Source: an uncultured Alphaproteobacteria bacterium
GTDB taxonomy: Bacteria > Pseudomonadota > Alphaproteobacteria > Rhizobiales > Kaistiaceae
Assembly: GCA_963743015.1 (NCBI GenBank)
Contig: CAVUOD010000010.1
Span: 84,298-148,297, forward strand
Direction of reading: 5' to 3'
Length of the DNA stretch: 64,000 bases
Part shown: piece after piece, positions 48,140-58,023 of the stretch
How the letters are laid out: every line of letters begins with the position of its first letter
Numbering within the stretch: the first letter of the stretch is position 1
Translations under genes and position numbers: made by a program
Notes under the pieces: generated by a model
Told to the model about the DNA's origin: nothing
Databases searched by the model: none
The model's input: the letters and a program-made list of their open reading frames with translations, nothing else

Positions 48140-48793
48140 ATGACAGCCGATTCCACGCCAGCGCCCGCCGGCGACGGGCCGGACGTGACGCATCCTGCCA
48201 GCGATGCGCCGGATAGCGCGCAGTCCGCCAGGCGGCGGGGGGCGGCGTTCTGGCTGAAATGGGGCGCTGCCGGCGCGGTGGCGCTGGTCGTGGCGGCCTT
48301 CCTTGGCGCCTATGTCCTGCCGCGCGAGCCCGAGGTCACCCGGTCGATCGACGTCGCGGTGCCGCGCGCCGCGGTCTTCCCGCTGGTTGCCGACCTGCGT
48401 CATCTGCCCGACTGGCTGCCACAGCTTGCCGGCGATCCGGAGACCGTCATCACCTTCACCGGTCCGCTCGACGGCGTCGGACAGACGCTGACCTGGGAGA
48501 GCAAGCTGCCGGCGGTCGGCGCGGGCGTCGAGAAGATCACGGCGATCGACCCGGACAGTGCCGTCGAGATGAGCGTTGCCCGCGCCGGTCAGCCAGCGAC
48601 TGTGGCGTGGTTCCGTCTGACGGAGAAGGGCGCGAACGCGACCACCGTCGTGTGGGGCTATCGCGAGGATGTCGGCTTCAACCCGGTCAGCCGCTATCGG
48701 GGTCTGGGGCTCGACGGGATCGTCGGGCCTGATTACGAGCAGGGCCTCAAGCGCCTCAAGGCCTATGCCGAGGCGCAGCCGAAGAGCGAATAG
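48140..48793 (+). CDS. SRPBCC family (polyketide cyclase/dehydrase-like) protein with an N-terminal TM anchor
   Basis: ...ITRSIDVAVPRAAVFPLVADLRHLPDWLPQ...VEKITAIDPDSAVEMSV... pattern. Confidence 0.65.
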   Translation: MTADSTPAPAGDGPDVTHPASDAPDSAQSARRRGAAFWLKWGAAGAVALVVAAFLGAYVLPREPEVTRSIDVAVPRAAVFPLVADLRHLPDWLPQLAGDPETVITFTGPLDGVGQTLTWESKLPAVGAGVEKITAIDPDSAVEMSVARAGQPATVAWFRLTEKGANATTVVWGYREDVGFNPVSRYRGLGLDGIVGPDYEQGLKRLKAYAEAQPKSE

Positions 48794-48861
48794 CGCGGCC
48801 AAGCTCTCCGCGGTCGTTGGCTGTCGATCGGCACGCGCACCCGTGGTTGCTTCGTCGTTTG

Positions 48862-48890
48862 AAGGCCGGACGCCATCGGCGTCCGGCCTT
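48862..48890. terminator. bidirectional 13-bp GC hairpin between convergent genes
   Basis: AAGGCCGGACGCC-ATC-GGCGTCCGGCCTT. It lies between the SRPBCC stop (48793) and the rsr stop (48896). Confidence 0.6.
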
Positions 48891-48895
48891 CCTGT

Positions 48896-50223
48896 TCAGT
48901 CGAGGGCGCCTTCCTGGGCGGCGATCCAGGTGATCACCGCCTCGGAGAAGCCGTTGACGCGCCGCCACGGACCGTTGCCGACGCCATGCTGGTAGGAGGC
49001 GACGTTGATCATGTATCCCGCGCCCTTGGGTGCGGGCACCTGATCGTGCGCCTGTTCGTCGGTGAAGACGATGAGGCGCGTCCCCTTCCTGTCGATCTCC
49101 GTCACTGCCTTGCCAAGCCAGGTCCCGCTATGCGGCTGGCTCGCGACGATCGCGTCACGCAGCGCGAAACCGCGGCGGGGCGGAATCTTCACCACCCTGT
49201 CGGAGAAGGTGAAGATCTCGACCTTGTCGCAGATTTCGCGGGCAAGGATCGCCAGACCGCAGGCGGCTTCCAGCCGCATCATGTAGGACTGGGCGGAGAG
49301 CGGCCAGTCCATCGAGGCCGACACGTCGATCAGCAGCCGCGTGCGTCCCTTCAGCCGCACATGGCTCTCGATCGACTTCAGCATTGCCGAATTCGAGCTC
49401 GGGCTCGAGGTCCGGCGCATGGCGTGCCGCCGCGATGAAGCGGAAAGGCAGGATGCGATCGGTGCGCATCGCCGAAAGCGCGCCGGCGATGGTCTCGTGC
49501 TCCACCCCGGCAGTCTGCATGAGGCGCAGATTGCGGAGCAAGGCGAGGCCACCCAGCTTGTTCTCGGCGATCAGACGCTCGAAGGTCGCGCGCTTGTCCT
49601 TGCCGGACGAGAGCTGGACCTCCCAGGTGTCGGGCGCCGGAAGCGTGCCATCGACGAGCTGCTTCCAGACCTTCTCCTGGGCCGCATCCTGCGGCTTGGC
49701 ATGGGTCAGGAACAGAACGTCCCTGATCCGCACCGCGCCGTCGCGGTCATACTTGGCGAGCTGATAGGCGTCGAACTTGGTCAGCGCCTTCGCCAGGCCC
49801 TTCTTCGCCTGGGCGGAGACGGGCTGGCGCTTGCGCTGCTGCATCGGCCCCAGCGCCTCGGCCCAGTAGATGGCGAGGAACTGGGTCAGCTCGTCCGGCC
49901 GCTGGATGATGCGCTCCAGCGTGTCGGCGACGAGGCCGCGATGGGCGGGGCTGCGCGCCATCTCGCGGACGATCAAGCAGCGGCGCATGGCGCAGCTTCA
50001 TGGCCTCGCGGGCCTCCACGGCGAGTGCCGCGACCTCGGCAGGCTCGACCTGCGGGACGAGCTTTGCCATCCGCTCGGCGATGGACACGCCGTCCTCATA
50101 GAACTGGTCCTCCCACAGGAGGCAGTTCATCAGCGTGCGCTTCAGCTCCTCGGCGGGCGTGAAGCGCCTGGCCCGCGCCCCCTCATGGGTGCGGGGGCGG
50201 AACAGCTTGTTGATGTTGGCCAT
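48896..50223 (-). pseudogene. rsr: TROVE + vWA domain protein (Ro60 orthologue, Rsr-like), two frame breaks (near 49974 and near 49390)
   Basis: GAGGAGG lies upstream of the ATG at 50223. MANINKLFRPRTHEGARA...LLWEDQFYEDG...AMKLRHAPLL, then IVREMARSPAHRG...LPFRFIAAARHAPDLEPELE, then AMLKSIE...LLIDVSASM (vWA MIDAS DxSxS)...IVFTDEQ. Both junctions fit one extra base. Confidence 0.8.
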
Positions 50224-50274
50224 GGAAACCTCCTCAGGAACAGCCATGAGTTTTCTAAGGTACGCACCGTAGAA

Positions 50275-50422
50275 CGGCGGGGAACGGACGACGCTGAACT
50301 GCCCGAAGGCTTTGACTGAGCTACGGCCTTGCGGCCGGCGGGATTTGAACCACGCGACCTCCTTGGCGCTCGTCGCGCCTCGGCGCTCCACCCGAAGTAT
50401 CAGACATCTTCACCACCGCCGC
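50275..50422 (-). ncRNA. Y-RNA-like module A (partial tRNA-like domain)
   Basis: The minus strand reads GCGGCGG-UGGUGAAG-AUGUCUG... A T-arm-like GCG(U)GG-UUCAAAU-CCCGC follows, then a CGGCC-GCAA-GGCCG hairpin and UAGCUCAGU. The module closes with ...CGUUCCCC-GCCG pairing back to its 5' end. Its 3' end is about 50 nt upstream of the rsr ATG. Confidence 0.55.
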
Positions 50423-50452
50423 ACCATCCCGCTCACGCGGGATGGGACGATT

Positions 50453-50597
50453 GCCGGGGAACGATCGAGACCGTACTGCCCCCTCGCGGGGGCTTCACAT
50501 GCTCTGCCACTGAGCTACGGAAGGCCTGGGCCTGTCCGGGAGGAATCGAACCTCCGACCCTGTGATTACCGAAGCAACGGTGCTCTTCACCACCGGC
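50453..50597 (-). ncRNA. Y-RNA-like module B with a circularly permuted tRNA-like (YrlA-type) domain
   Basis: 5' GCCGG-UGGUGAAG-GAG(C)ACCG. Then UCACA/UGUGA stem, AGGGUC, T-arm GGAGG-UUCGAUU-CCUCC and a closed acceptor-like hairpin. Then UA and D-arm GCUC-AGUGGCA-GAGC. 3' CGGUCUC...CGUUCCCC-GGC. Confidence 0.7.
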
Positions 50598-50606
50598 AAA
50601 GGGAAA

Positions 50607-50773
50607 CGCATGATCCGGGAACAGGCGATGCTGAGCTGCCGTCCCGAGGACGGCTGGTGCTCTGCCACTGAGCTACGGGCGCACAAGAGATTTGGCGCGC
50701 CCGGCGGGATTCGAACCCGCGACCGACCCGGTCTAACAGCCGAAGTAACAGACATCTTCACCACGGTCATGCG
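50607..50773 (-). ncRNA. Y-RNA-like module C with a circularly permuted tRNA-like (YrlA-type) domain
   Basis: 5' ...GUGGUGAAG-GAUG(U)CUG. T-arm GCGGG-UUCGAAU-CCCGC, then a 7-bp CGGGCGC/GCGCCCG acceptor-like stem. Then UA and D-arm GCUC-AGUGGCA-GAGC, identical to module B. 3' CAGCAUC...UGUUCCC. Confidence 0.7.
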
Positions 50774-50782
50774 TATGGGATT

Positions 50783-50866
50783 GGCGGGGAATGGTCGAGT
50801 TCTGTGTGCACGGCATTGCTGCCGTGCGCTTCACCCAAAGAAGTAACAGAGCTCATCACCACCGCC
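50783..50866 (-). ncRNA. Y-RNA-like module D (no tRNA-like domain, YrlB-like)
   Basis: GGCGG-UGGUGAUG-GAGCUCUGU, then two apical hairpins, then ACAGAACUC...AUUCCCC-GCC. Same closing architecture as the other modules. Confidence 0.6.
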
Positions 50867-50875
50867 AAAGAGGGA

Positions 50876-51042
50876 CGCTGGGGAACGGGCGATCACGGAA
50901 GTCCAGCCATCCGCTGCGCGAGCTTTCCCCGAGAGGAAGACCGGACCCGCGTCACGCTCGCCTTTCGCGAGGCAAGCTCCACGGCACGCATCGGCGCTGG
51001 CTCGATGTCGGAGCGAAGGATCCGTCATCTTCACCACCAGCG
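50876..51042 (-). ncRNA. Y-RNA-like module E (long apical region)
   Basis: CGCUGG-UGGUGAAG-GAU(G)ACGGA, then about 110 nt of hairpins, then UCCGU(G)AUC...CGUUCCCC-AGCG. Confidence 0.6.
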
Positions 51043-51048
51043 TATGGG

Positions 51049-51129
51049 TTTCCAGGGGAACGGTCGGCGGCCGGTTGGCCAAAGGCCTTCGGGGGCAGCG
51101 AAGTAACCGAACGCCTTCACCACCTGGAA
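51049..51129 (-). ncRNA. Y-RNA-like module F (short)
   Basis: UUCCAGG-UGGUGAAG-GCGUUCGGUU, then CUUCG/CGAAG and GGCC/GGCC hairpins, then AACCGGCCGC...CGUUCCCC-UGGAA. Confidence 0.6.
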
Positions 51130-51385
51130 CCTGGCGCCTCGAAAATTCCGAGGCTCAATTGCCAAAACGAAATAGCGTCGCGGCGCTCTCGGCCTATGGC
51201 GCGCCGCCAAGCGGACCAGAGTTCGCCCCGCCATCGGTGTCCGGCTCTCGCCTCGTTCCCTCCGACGGGCCCCGCGCTTCGGATGCATGACGCGGAGAGG
51301 CGCCAGCAATCCCGGAATCCGGGTCTTCCGCCCCGGCTTGCGCCGGGCCTCGTTCACAATGGGGGCTCCGGATGGGGCGGATATG

Positions 51386-51419
51386 AAAAACCCCTCCGGA
51401 GCACTCGGCTCGGGAGGGG
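51386..51419 (-). terminator. rho-independent terminator
   Basis: The minus strand reads CCCCUCC-N15-GGAGGGG followed by UUUUU. Confidence 0.75.
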
Positions 51420-51575
51420 TCCGATAACGGACGCTGCGGTTCGTTCAGAGCGAACCGCCTCCATGAGCCGGGCAAGCATCGGCAAATGGCCGCGCGCCAT
51501 TCAGCGATGTCAGTTTGATCGAATATCCGCGTTCCATCGTCTGGCTCATCTGCTGCGGACACCTGTCCGCGAAGG
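51420..51575 (-). ncRNA. candidate structured sRNA, about 190 nt including the terminator at 51386-51419
   Basis: No credible ORF. Possible promoter CTTGAC-N17-GTACAT at 51611-51583. The minus strand carries serial perfect hairpins: GCGGAC/GUCCGC, AAUGGC/GCCAUU, GCGGUUCG/CGAACCGC and GUCC/GGAC. A long-range AUGAGCC/GGCUCAU pairing is also possible. Confidence 0.35.
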
Positions 51576-51740
51576 GCGGTGCATGTACTCTTCACTTGTC
51601 CTGGCGTCAAGCACCAAGAAATTCTGTCTCCGCGTCGGCCCGACAAGTCGTGGGGTACGACGAGCCGGTGGCGAGCCGCCGCGCCTTCGGCGCTTGCCAC
51701 TCACGTCGTGGTGCCGACGGCTGCCCGAGCCCGAAGGCTG

Positions 51741-51917
51741 CTAGCCGATCCCCGGGAAGGATGGCCAGGCGAGCATCGGGTGGTTGAACAGCTGGGTGCT
51801 GCCGTTGAAGGCGATCAGGGCCAGCATGAAGGCGGCATAGACGGCGATCCACAGGACGAATTCGCCGGTGCCGGCGTCGTGTTTGGCCTGGGCTTGGCTG
51901 CGAGCGATACTGCGCAT
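51741..51917 (-). CDS. 58-aa single-TM membrane protein
   Basis: GGAGGGAAG Shine-Dalgarno before the ATG at 51917. MRSIARSQAQAKHDAGTGEFVLWIAVYAAFMLALIAFNGSTQLFNHPMLAWPSFPGIG. Confidence 0.5.
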   Translation of the reverse strand: MRSIARSQAQAKHDAGTGEFVLWIAVYAAFMLALIAFNGSTQLFNHPMLAWPSFPGIG

Positions 51918-52047
51918 GGGTCTTCCCTCCCTGTCTGGGAGACTCCAAGGTGGGGGGCGATGACGGCACTCGTCGGACCGCAATGGGGCCATTACGGGCA
52001 GTTGTGCGGGCCGAATTGTGGCAACCGGGCCGGTCGGCCGGCCTTGC

Positions 52048-52671
52048 CTATGTCTTCGGCCGCCAGTCCATGCCGACATGGGCGGGCTCGGCGGCAACCC
52101 GCTTCAGCCAGGTGCTGATCGCCGGATAGGCGGAGAGGTCGAAGCCGCCGTCACCGGCGACGTGCGTATAGGCATAAAGGGCGATGTCGGCGACCGAATA
52201 GGTGTTGCCGGCGAGCCAGTCATGCTGCGTCAGCGCGTGTTCCATGACGGAGAGGGCCCGATTGCCGCGCTTGTGCCAGTCGGCAAGCTGCTCCGGCGTC
52301 GCCTTGCCGATACGGTCGGGATAGATCTTCAGCCAGGAGCGCGCCACGGCGATCACCGGTTCGTGGTCGTATTGCTCGAAGAACAGCCACTGATGGACCA
52401 GCGCCCGCTCAAAGCGATCGGCGGGCAGGAAGCGCGTGCCCTCGGCGAGGTAGAGCAGCATGGCGTTTGATTCCGACAGAATGCGTCCGTCGGGAAGCAC
52501 CAGCAGCGGCACGCGGCCGTTGGGGTTGAGCGCCAGGAATTCCGGCGTGCGCGTCGCGCCCTTTGACGGGTCGGTTTCGACCAGGCGGAAGGGCAAGCCG
52601 AGCTGGTGCATGAGCAGCCGCGGCTTGTAGCAGTTGCCCGAGGACTGCATCGAATAAAGCGTGTAGGTCAT
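52048..52671 (-). CDS. glutathione S-transferase family protein
   Basis: 207 aa. N-terminal thioredoxin-like fold with SGNCYKPRLL...NPNGRVPLLVL...ESNAMLLYL, and a helical C-domain. Confidence 0.85.
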   Translation of the reverse strand: MTYTLYSMQSSGNCYKPRLLMHQLGLPFRLVETDPSKGATRTPEFLALNPNGRVPLLVLPDGRILSESNAMLLYLAEGTRFLPADRFERALVHQWLFFEQYDHEPVIAVARSWLKIYPDRIGKATPEQLADWHKRGNRALSVMEHALTQHDWLAGNTYSVADIALYAYTHVAGDGGFDLSAYPAISTWLKRVAAEPAHVGMDWRPKT

Positions 52672-52787
52672 CCGTTCTCTCTGCTCGTCTCACGAAGAAT
52701 TGGCTGGCTGGTGACCGCCGTCCAATTCCAATCGGTGGTCGACATATAAGCTGAATCGATCGAACGACGGAACGAACGGAGATCAAA

Positions 52788-53297
52788 ATGGACGGCGAGC
52801 AGTTGAAGGCGGTACAGGCGCCCCTCAAGCAGCGTTATCGCGACGATCCGCAGGCGGCTGTGGTGACGCTGCACGCCCGCGGCGCCATCGGCGACGGGGT
52901 GACCTGCTCGGTCGAGACGGGACAGGCGCTGGCCCGCGCCGGCCTGCATCCGGCAAGCGGCGGAGAGGCAATGGTCAACGTCTGCTCCGGCGACATGCTG
53001 CTGCAGGCGCTGGTCGCCTGTGCTGGCGTCACGCTCAATGCCGTGGCCACCTCGCTCGGCCTGCCGGTCACCGATGCGCGACTGCATGCCGAAGGCGATC
53101 TCGATTTCCGCGGCACGCTCGGCGTCTCCAAGGAGGCGCCGGTCGGTTTCAGCGATATCCGCCTGACGATCGAACTGGAGGGCGATCTCAGCGACGAGCA
53201 GATCGCCACGCTCGTCAAGCTCACCGAGCGCTATTGCGTCGTCTATCAGACACTGAAGGGCGCGCCGCCGCTGTCGCTCAGCGCCACGCGCGCCTGA
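52788..53297 (+). CDS. OsmC family peroxiredoxin-like protein
   Basis: 169 aa. ...PGDMLLQALVACAGVT... and ...LVKLTERYCVVYQTL carry the two conserved Cys regions of OsmC/Ohr. Confidence 0.8.
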   Translation: MDGEQLKAVQAPLKQRYRDDPQAAVVTLHARGAIGDGVTCSVETGQALARAGLHPASGGEAMVNVCSGDMLLQALVACAGVTLNAVATSLGLPVTDARLHAEGDLDFRGTLGVSKEAPVGFSDIRLTIELEGDLSDEQIATLVKLTERYCVVYQTLKGAPPLSLSATRA

Positions 53298-53379
53298 AGC
53301 GACAGGCGATGGTGGCATGACGCCACGCCGCCAGTCCTTGTCGGCGACCGGTGGCAGGTCGATCTCCGCGCGGATGCGC

Positions 53380-54615
53380 TCAGGCTTCGGCCAGGTGCTG
53401 TCTCCGGTTGCTCTCCGCCAGGTCGACCGCGGCGCGGCGTACGATCAGCGTGTAGAGCGCCAGCATCGCCATCAGGCCGATCGGCAGACCGGTGAGGTGC
53501 ATGATCGAACGCGTGACCAGCGGTGCCGTCCAGGCAAAGGCGAGGGCACTGATCTCGTAGTCGTGGAAGCCGTTGGCGATGCCGTGGCGCAGCAGGAAGG
53601 CGCCGGCGACGGCCAGCGCGACGAGGTCGTAATCGAGGACATAGGGTGTGGCCAGCAGGCTGGCGGTGACCAGCGCCGCCGCCTTCAGATCGAAGCTTGC
53701 CCGGCTTCGCCACAGCCAGACGAGACTGGCGGCGAGCGCCACGGCGAGCACCAGTTGCGCGGCATAGGCCGTGTCGACGGTGCCGCCCCACATGCGCACC
53801 GCCGAGAACAGGCTCTGGATCTTCTGCCAGCCGGTCCCGCCCTGTTCGAGCACGACGGTGCGGGTGAACTGTTCGGAGCCGGCGAAGGCGGTCCATATGC
53901 CGACGCCGAACAGCGCGACGGTGGCCGCGCATGCGGCAAGCACGGTCGCTGCCGCGGCGAGGAAGGTGCGCCAGCGCAGCGTGGCGATCAGCACCAGGGG
54001 GATCATCACGCCGAATTGCGGCTTGTAGGCGAGCAGTCCGATGAGGATGCCGGCGATCCACGGCCGCCGGTCGAGGATGAGCAGCGCGCCGCCGATCAGG
54101 CAGGCGGTGAGGAACCCGTTCTGGCCGTGGCCGAGATTGACGAAGACGGCCGGGAAGGCGGCGGCGATAAGCAGCGTCTGCGGCCGCGGCAGGAGCGCGC
54201 GCATGGTGGCGAGATAGGCGGCAAGCGTCGCCACCATGTAGACGAGCAGCGCCCAGGCATAGGGCAGCAGCGCCAGCAGCGCCGCCACCATCAGGAAGAG
54301 CGGCGGGTAGTGCCAGCCATAGAAGGGCACGGTGCGCCCGCCGAAGACTGCGATCTCGGCGGCGTGCTGGCTCGCGGGGTCGTAGACGTCGGGCGCGGCG
54401 CCGGCCCAGACCTGCGTGCCGGCGGCATAGACATTGGTGAAATCGGTCCCGATCGGGCTGCCGACCCGGTCGATCAGGTCGTTCGACAGCGCGATCCAGA
54501 CGACGCTGACCAGCACCACGAGGGCGAGCACGATCAGCGGATAGACGCGCCGGCGTTCGGCCGTCAGCCAGTCGCCGCTGCGGATGTGCTGCCAGATGGA
54601 CGCCATCCCCGCCAA
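53380..54615 (-). CDS. glycosyltransferase family 87 (DUF2029) membrane protein
   Basis: 411 aa, polytopic. ...GTDFTNVYAAG...YDP......FYGWHYPPLFL... is typical of the DUF2029/GT87 mannosyltransferase-like family. Confidence 0.75.
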   Translation of the reverse strand: MAGMASIWQHIRSGDWLTAERRRVYPLIVLALVVLVSVVWIALSNDLIDRVGSPIGTDFTNVYAAGTQVWAGAAPDVYDPASQHAAEIAVFGGRTVPFYGWHYPPLFLMVAALLALLPYAWALLVYMVATLAAYLATMRALLPRPQTLLIAAAFPAVFVNLGHGQNGFLTACLIGGALLILDRRPWIAGILIGLLAYKPQFGVMIPLVLIATLRWRTFLAAAATVLAACAATVALFGVGIWTAFAGSEQFTRTVVLEQGGTGWQKIQSLFSAVRMWGGTVDTAYAAQLVLAVALAASLVWLWRSRASFDLKAAALVTASLLATPYVLDYDLVALAVAGAFLLRHGIANGFHDYEISALAFAWTAPLVTRSIMHLTGLPIGLMAMLALYTLIVRRAAVDLAESNRRQHLAEA

Positions 54616-54782
54616 TCGCCCGTTCCTGTTCCCGGAAAACTGGCCTGGCAGGCTAGCCGAGCGGCTTTAATGCCGCCTTAAGCACCACGCTGCGCCGGTC
54701 GCCGGGCGGCGCCGGCGCGCGGGTGACGCAGCGGCGCCAAAACCCCACGGTTTCGCTTGAGATTCATGGCGGCCGGGCCTAG

Positions 54783-56027
<1,245 letters not shown>

Positions 56028-56268
56028 CAGAAATGCACCATCGTGGGCCGGCCGCGCGCCGGCCCTCGGGGCTCCCGCAAAACAAGAATTGGCCGGCTGG
56101 CGGTCGCCCCCGCGGACGCGCGCCTTGGCAGATCTGCACAGGCACGTGATGCAATTGCCACAGTCGCGGCACGAAAGCCGGGGTGCTTCGTTAAGTCCTC
56201 TGCGCGGGGTCCGCAAAAGCGGCGACAACAGACGACTGACGGAATTCTGGTTGCGGGGAACGCCATTC

Positions 56269-57132
56269 ATGAAACGGATACGGACGATCGCGCTGTCGGT
56301 GAGCTGTCTGATGACGCTGGCGGCAGTGGGCAGCGCCGATGCCGGTGGGTATTTCGACGTTTACAATCCCTTGGCGACGCCGGGCAGCCTGCCGGCGGTG
56401 TCGCAGCTGAACGGGAAGGTGAGCGTCTTCGGCGGCAACCAGGAAGGCAGCGGCCAGAGCGGCGGCATGTTTGGCGTCGTCGGCTCGCTTTCGGTGCCGA
56501 TGGGCTTCGCCTATGGGCTGCAGATCGATGGCGCAGCGGGTTCCGGCGATGGGGCGGCCTTTTACGGCATCGGCGGACACCTGTTCTGGCGCGATCCGGC
56601 CAGGGGCCTCATCGGCCTCTATACCAGCTATCTCAATTGGGACGTCACCAGCGGTGCGACCAGCGGCTTCGACATCGGCAAGTTCGGCGTCGAAGGTGCC
56701 GCCTATCTCGGACGCTTCTCGCTCGAAGGGCTGGCGGCCTATCAGTTCGGTTCGGCGAGCGGATTCAACGGCAAGGCGGTGATTGCGTACTATCCGATCG
56801 ACAATCTGCGTCTCGACGCCGGCATCCGCCATGTCGAAGGTCCCGGCACGATGGGTCTGGTCGATGTCGAATGGCGGCCGCATGAAAATTCGGGCCTGTC
56901 GCTCTTCGCCTCCGGTGCGTTCGGTGAGAACAGCTTCAGCCAGGTTCTCGGCGGCGCGCGCTATTACTTCGGCGATTCCCGCAAGTCGCTCATCGACCGT
57001 CACCGCCAGGACGATCCCGCACCGGATTTCGGCGGCGATCTGTCGATCGGCAGCAGCTGCCTGTCGCCCAACGTGATGCTGAACGGCGTCTGTAGCGCAC
57101 CGGTGGTGACCCACCACCAAGTCGAGAAGTAG
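56269..57132 (+). CDS. secreted, probably outer-membrane beta-barrel protein (paralogue 1)
   Basis: Signal peptide MKRIRTIALSVSCLMTLAAVGSADA. Alternating beta-strand pattern ...GLQIDGAAGSG...FYGIGGHLFWRDP...FGVEGAAYLGRFSLEGLAAYQFG.... About half the residues are identical to 59211-60095. Confidence 0.6.
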   Translation: MKRIRTIALSVSCLMTLAAVGSADAGGYFDVYNPLATPGSLPAVSQLNGKVSVFGGNQEGSGQSGGMFGVVGSLSVPMGFAYGLQIDGAAGSGDGAAFYGIGGHLFWRDPARGLIGLYTSYLNWDVTSGATSGFDIGKFGVEGAAYLGRFSLEGLAAYQFGSASGFNGKAVIAYYPIDNLRLDAGIRHVEGPGTMGLVDVEWRPHENSGLSLFASGAFGENSFSQVLGGARYYFGDSRKSLIDRHRQDDPAPDFGGDLSIGSSCLSPNVMLNGVCSAPVVTHHQVEK

Positions 57133-57249
57133 TGGTGCGTCTGGAGGGATCGGCGCACTTGCCTGCAAGGGCCGGCCGCGCGCCGACGCCACGTTGCGCT
57201 AATCCATCGGCAGGCGCCGCGGCCAAAGCCGCCGCGGCGCCGCCGGTGC

Positions 57250-57975
57250 TCACCCCGAAACGCTGAACAGCGAGGCGAGTTCCGCCATGCGCAGGCGGAG
57301 TTCGATGTCGCGGAAGCCGACGAAGGCGTCGGCGATCCAGCGGTGGAGCATGGTCCGCCGGTTCGACGGGTTCGCGGCATAGTCGCCGAAGCAAAAGCGC
57401 GGCCGCATGACGATGCCGTGGAGCGCCGCCGGCAGCAGGGCGATGCGTACCGGCAGTGCACTCTCTTCCGGCAGAGGCGGCAGCGAGGCGCCGACCGGGA
57501 AGAGCATGTCGTTGACGACCGGCACGACGGTCATGCCGGGGAAGCGCCGGATGAGATTGCGGTGGGCGGCGATGGCGTGGGCATGGTTCTCGACGACGAA
57601 GAGCGCCGCGGTGTCGATGCGCCTGGCGCGGGCGCTGTCGACGAAGGCGGTGGTTTCGGCGCTGTCGAAGAACGGATCGAAGAAGGCCGGCGCCAGGTCG
57701 ATGACCTTGGGCCGGCCGTCGGCAAGGATCAGCCGGTCGAACAGGGCCATCTCGCCGCGCGTGTCGGCAACGCTCGCGGCAAGGGTGTGGCGCGGCTGGT
57801 AGGCGGAGAGCAGCGGATCGCCGGGATTGGCGTCGAAGGCAAGCGGCGCGCGGTCGTCGGCGACGAAATAATCGACCAGCAGGCGGGCGATCAGCGTGCG
57901 CCCGACGCGCGGCCGCGGCGAGCACACGATGAAGACGGGCGTGCGCCGCAATGCCCCGCCGGGATGGCGGGACAT
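57250..57975 (-). CDS. ParA/MinD-fold protein with a degenerate Walker A
   Basis: VFIVCSPRPRVGRTLIARLLVDYF occupies the P-loop position but lacks the GKT/S lysine. Collinear with the upstream ATPase (...VIDLAPAFF..., ...FVVENH...). Confidence 0.55.
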   Translation of the reverse strand: MSRHPGGALRRTPVFIVCSPRPRVGRTLIARLLVDYFVADDRAPLAFDANPGDPLLSAYQPRHTLAASVADTRGEMALFDRLILADGRPKVIDLAPAFFDPFFDSAETTAFVDSARARRIDTAALFVVENHAHAIAAHRNLIRRFPGMTVVPVVNDMLFPVGASLPPLPEESALPVRIALLPAALHGIVMRPRFCFGDYAANPSNRRTMLHRWIADAFVGFRDIELRLRMAELASLFSVSG

Positions 57976-58023
57976 CGCGTCGCCTGGTGGTGCCCCCAGC
58001 TTCGGCGAGCATCGCCGGCGCCG

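Noticed and set aside
50338-50720. Three T-arm/D-arm containing segments as canonical tRNA genes or a tRNA cluster.
   Set aside because: Element order is permuted (T-arm, closed acceptor-like hairpin, then D-arm). There is no anticodon loop and no free acceptor end. They fit YrlA-type tRNA mimics instead.
51130-51185. TTGGCA-containing sequence upstream of module F as a sigma54 (RtcR-type) promoter, as in the Salmonella rsr operon.
   Set aside because: The GG-N10-GC spacing of the -24/-12 consensus is not met, and no rtcR or rtcBA genes are in the window. The promoter of the array remains unidentified.
51361-51420. GGGGCU... start on the plus strand as a tmRNA, and the 51150-51740 region as RNase P, SRP or 6S RNA.
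   Set aside because: No tag-peptide reading frame (ANDN...AA) and no T-loop plus CCA context. No GAGGAAAGUCC (RNase P) or SRP domain IV motif was found by eye.
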